The notes under the pieces were generated by a model, which was not told the DNA's origin, searched no databases, and worked only from the letters and a program-made list of their open reading frames with translations. A DNA stretch of 52,931 nucleotides, the filler included, from Bipalium vagum (taxonomy: Eukaryota): NCBI GenBank assembly GCA_037834085.1. It is 3 parts of 3 records of this genome, joined end to end, with 100 filler letters (N's around TTAATTAATTAA, not from the genome) between each part and the next. Parts side by side here need not be neighbours in the genome. Positions count along the whole stretch, not along the records: positions 33,731 to 52,931 come from JBBMKC010007725.1; 2 more parts are not named here. One strand, given 5' to 3'. Both the position numbers and the translations under genes were made by a program. Positions 51,166 through 52,931 of the stretch are shown one piece after another. Within the stretch, counting starts at the first letter, position 1. Every line of letters begins with the position of its first letter.

Positions 51166-52931
51166 TATATGGTGGATGTGGCAAGATACAGCTCTCTTAA
51201 TTTCTTTTGTGTCATTTTATATGCATTAGGTTTAGGATTATCATGTTGAAGAATAACGTCTTTTTACTAACCAAACTGGATATTATTTTTTGAAAAGCGC
51301 AATGAAAACTGTTTAATTGTTGACAGTAACGTTCAGAATCAATACTTTCACTATTTTTCAAGAGTTCCCAAATAATGACTCCTAAGCAGTCCCACTAAAA
51401 AGAGAATTGAAATTTTTTTGGGAATATATCTGATTTTGAGGTTTTAAGTGGATGTTGTCCAGTCCATAATCATTACCTACGATGTTAGGTAATAGAGTGT
51501 GGAAGTAATAAGACAAGAAATGGATAAGGTATTTAGTTGAAGAAATGTTACTAAAATATCAAAATATAGATAATTCATCAACTTTATAAATGGGAGTTGT
51601 CAAAAAATTAATACTGATTATATTCATCTATTATTCCATACCGTTTTCATTTCTTTTGTCTGTTCTTATGTCATATTTTTTGTTAATTTATTTAAATAAT
51701 TAATTAATCTGATTAGAAATTTTAAATCAAAAATATTAATAAAAACGCCGACAATGCTTTGATTTCGTTTTAGTGTCAAGATTAATTGCAATTATATTTA
51801 TAAAGAAAAACTGACATTTTAGCTTAAGAAATAAAGAGAACAAACCGAAAACCACATGGTCAAAATATTAATTAAGTTAATTATAAATTATTCAAATCAA
51901 GTGATAATATATTGAAGAATAATAGATTCTTCTCGCCATAACATTTTATCGAATTTTCTTCTTTCCACCATGAGTGTCAAAATCTTCCAAAGAATATTTA
52001 TATAAATATATAATAATTAATTGTCAATAATTATTTTTTTAAATAATTTAAAAAAACAGCTTAGCACTGACATCATCATAGAATTTCCGTTCATTCTTTT
52101 AAAATAAAATAAATAAAAAGAATTTTATTCCCTTAGTACAATTAGGAAATGATAAATTTTTCTAAACGTTAATATTGTTATATGTAAATTAGTTTTAATA
52201 ATACTGAAAAATCTCAGCTCTCAAAATATGCCTAATGGTTAACACTCGTTTATTTTGTGTAACTGAAAAAATAGATTTAATAACTCAATGGTAATATTTC
52301 CTTTTGATAAACTTAAAAGGTTAAGTGCAAAATTTTTTTTTCAAGTAGAATTACCTAATCGACCCTTATTTTTAAATTTGTGCTTGAAATAAGTTTGCTC
52401 CAGAAAGACAATTAGGTAATCAGAAATTACAGATCACAGCTATGAAATCTTTATCAATTTAATAAAAATGTGACAAATTCTCTGGGAAAATGAAATTTCG
52501 CCAAAATTCAAATTACCCGACAAAAAATGTTTGACATGATTTGACAAACAAAACTTTAAAACAGAAGACATTATACTTGATCACAGGTGAAAGCGGAAAA
52601 TGAAGTGAAACCAAATAGCAGATTATGTAAGATTGCCATCCTTCACTGAAAAAATAATACAGCTTGAAAAGTTATTAGAAATAACAATAATAATAATTAT
52701 TATTTATTATAGAGATCAACGCTTATTGATTGATATTAAGTAATCAAGAATGTTTGTGCCATTTTAAAATTTCGCACGTATTACAAATCAAATAACAATA
52801 CTAATAAACGTAACTATTGGGTTGTAAAGTTCAAAATCCAACTAATACAATTTATTTAAAAAAAATGAATTTTTACATAGATAAAATAAGAAACTTAACA
52901 AAAGTAATTTCCATTGTTATCTATGATCTTT

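Noticed and set aside
52565-52605. LITGESGK, resembling a myosin P-loop
   Set aside because: A stop follows immediately, and the GAGKT part is missing.
1-52931. CRISPR arrays, hammerhead ribozymes, rRNA, intact active transposases
   Set aside because: No repeat-spacer arrays were seen. CTGATGA sites lack a flanked GAAA core. Every transposase and RT has stops, frameshifts or deletions.

Overview
Very AT-rich eukaryotic (animal) genomic DNA from a draft scaffold with three N-gaps; two gaps contain an artificial TTAATTAATTAA linker. The composition, 42-51 nt introns and mariner load are compatible with a planarian flatworm, but that is inference only. Most recognisable sequence is decayed transposons: about 20 Tc1/mariner relics (DD34D, DD34E, DD37D, DD41D-like, pogo-like, one MITE), two Chapaev3-like elements, a hAT remnant, a degenerate Gypsy gag-pro-RT, and several LTR pieces with primer-binding sites. 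One clear host gene was assembled by hand: a compact 7-8-exon minus-strand gene (31520/31610-32691) encoding a ~250 aa protein with a Matrin/U1-C-type zinc finger. A second, weaker minus-strand spliced unit lies at 17.3-21.1 kb. The most unusual structure is a miniature LTR element at 37.0-37.7 kb: an LTR end, a tRNA-Arg-type PBS, only 133 bp of internal DNA, a PPT, and an LTR that begins with a tRNA-Ala-derived half gene. All calls come from manual reading; no database searches were run.
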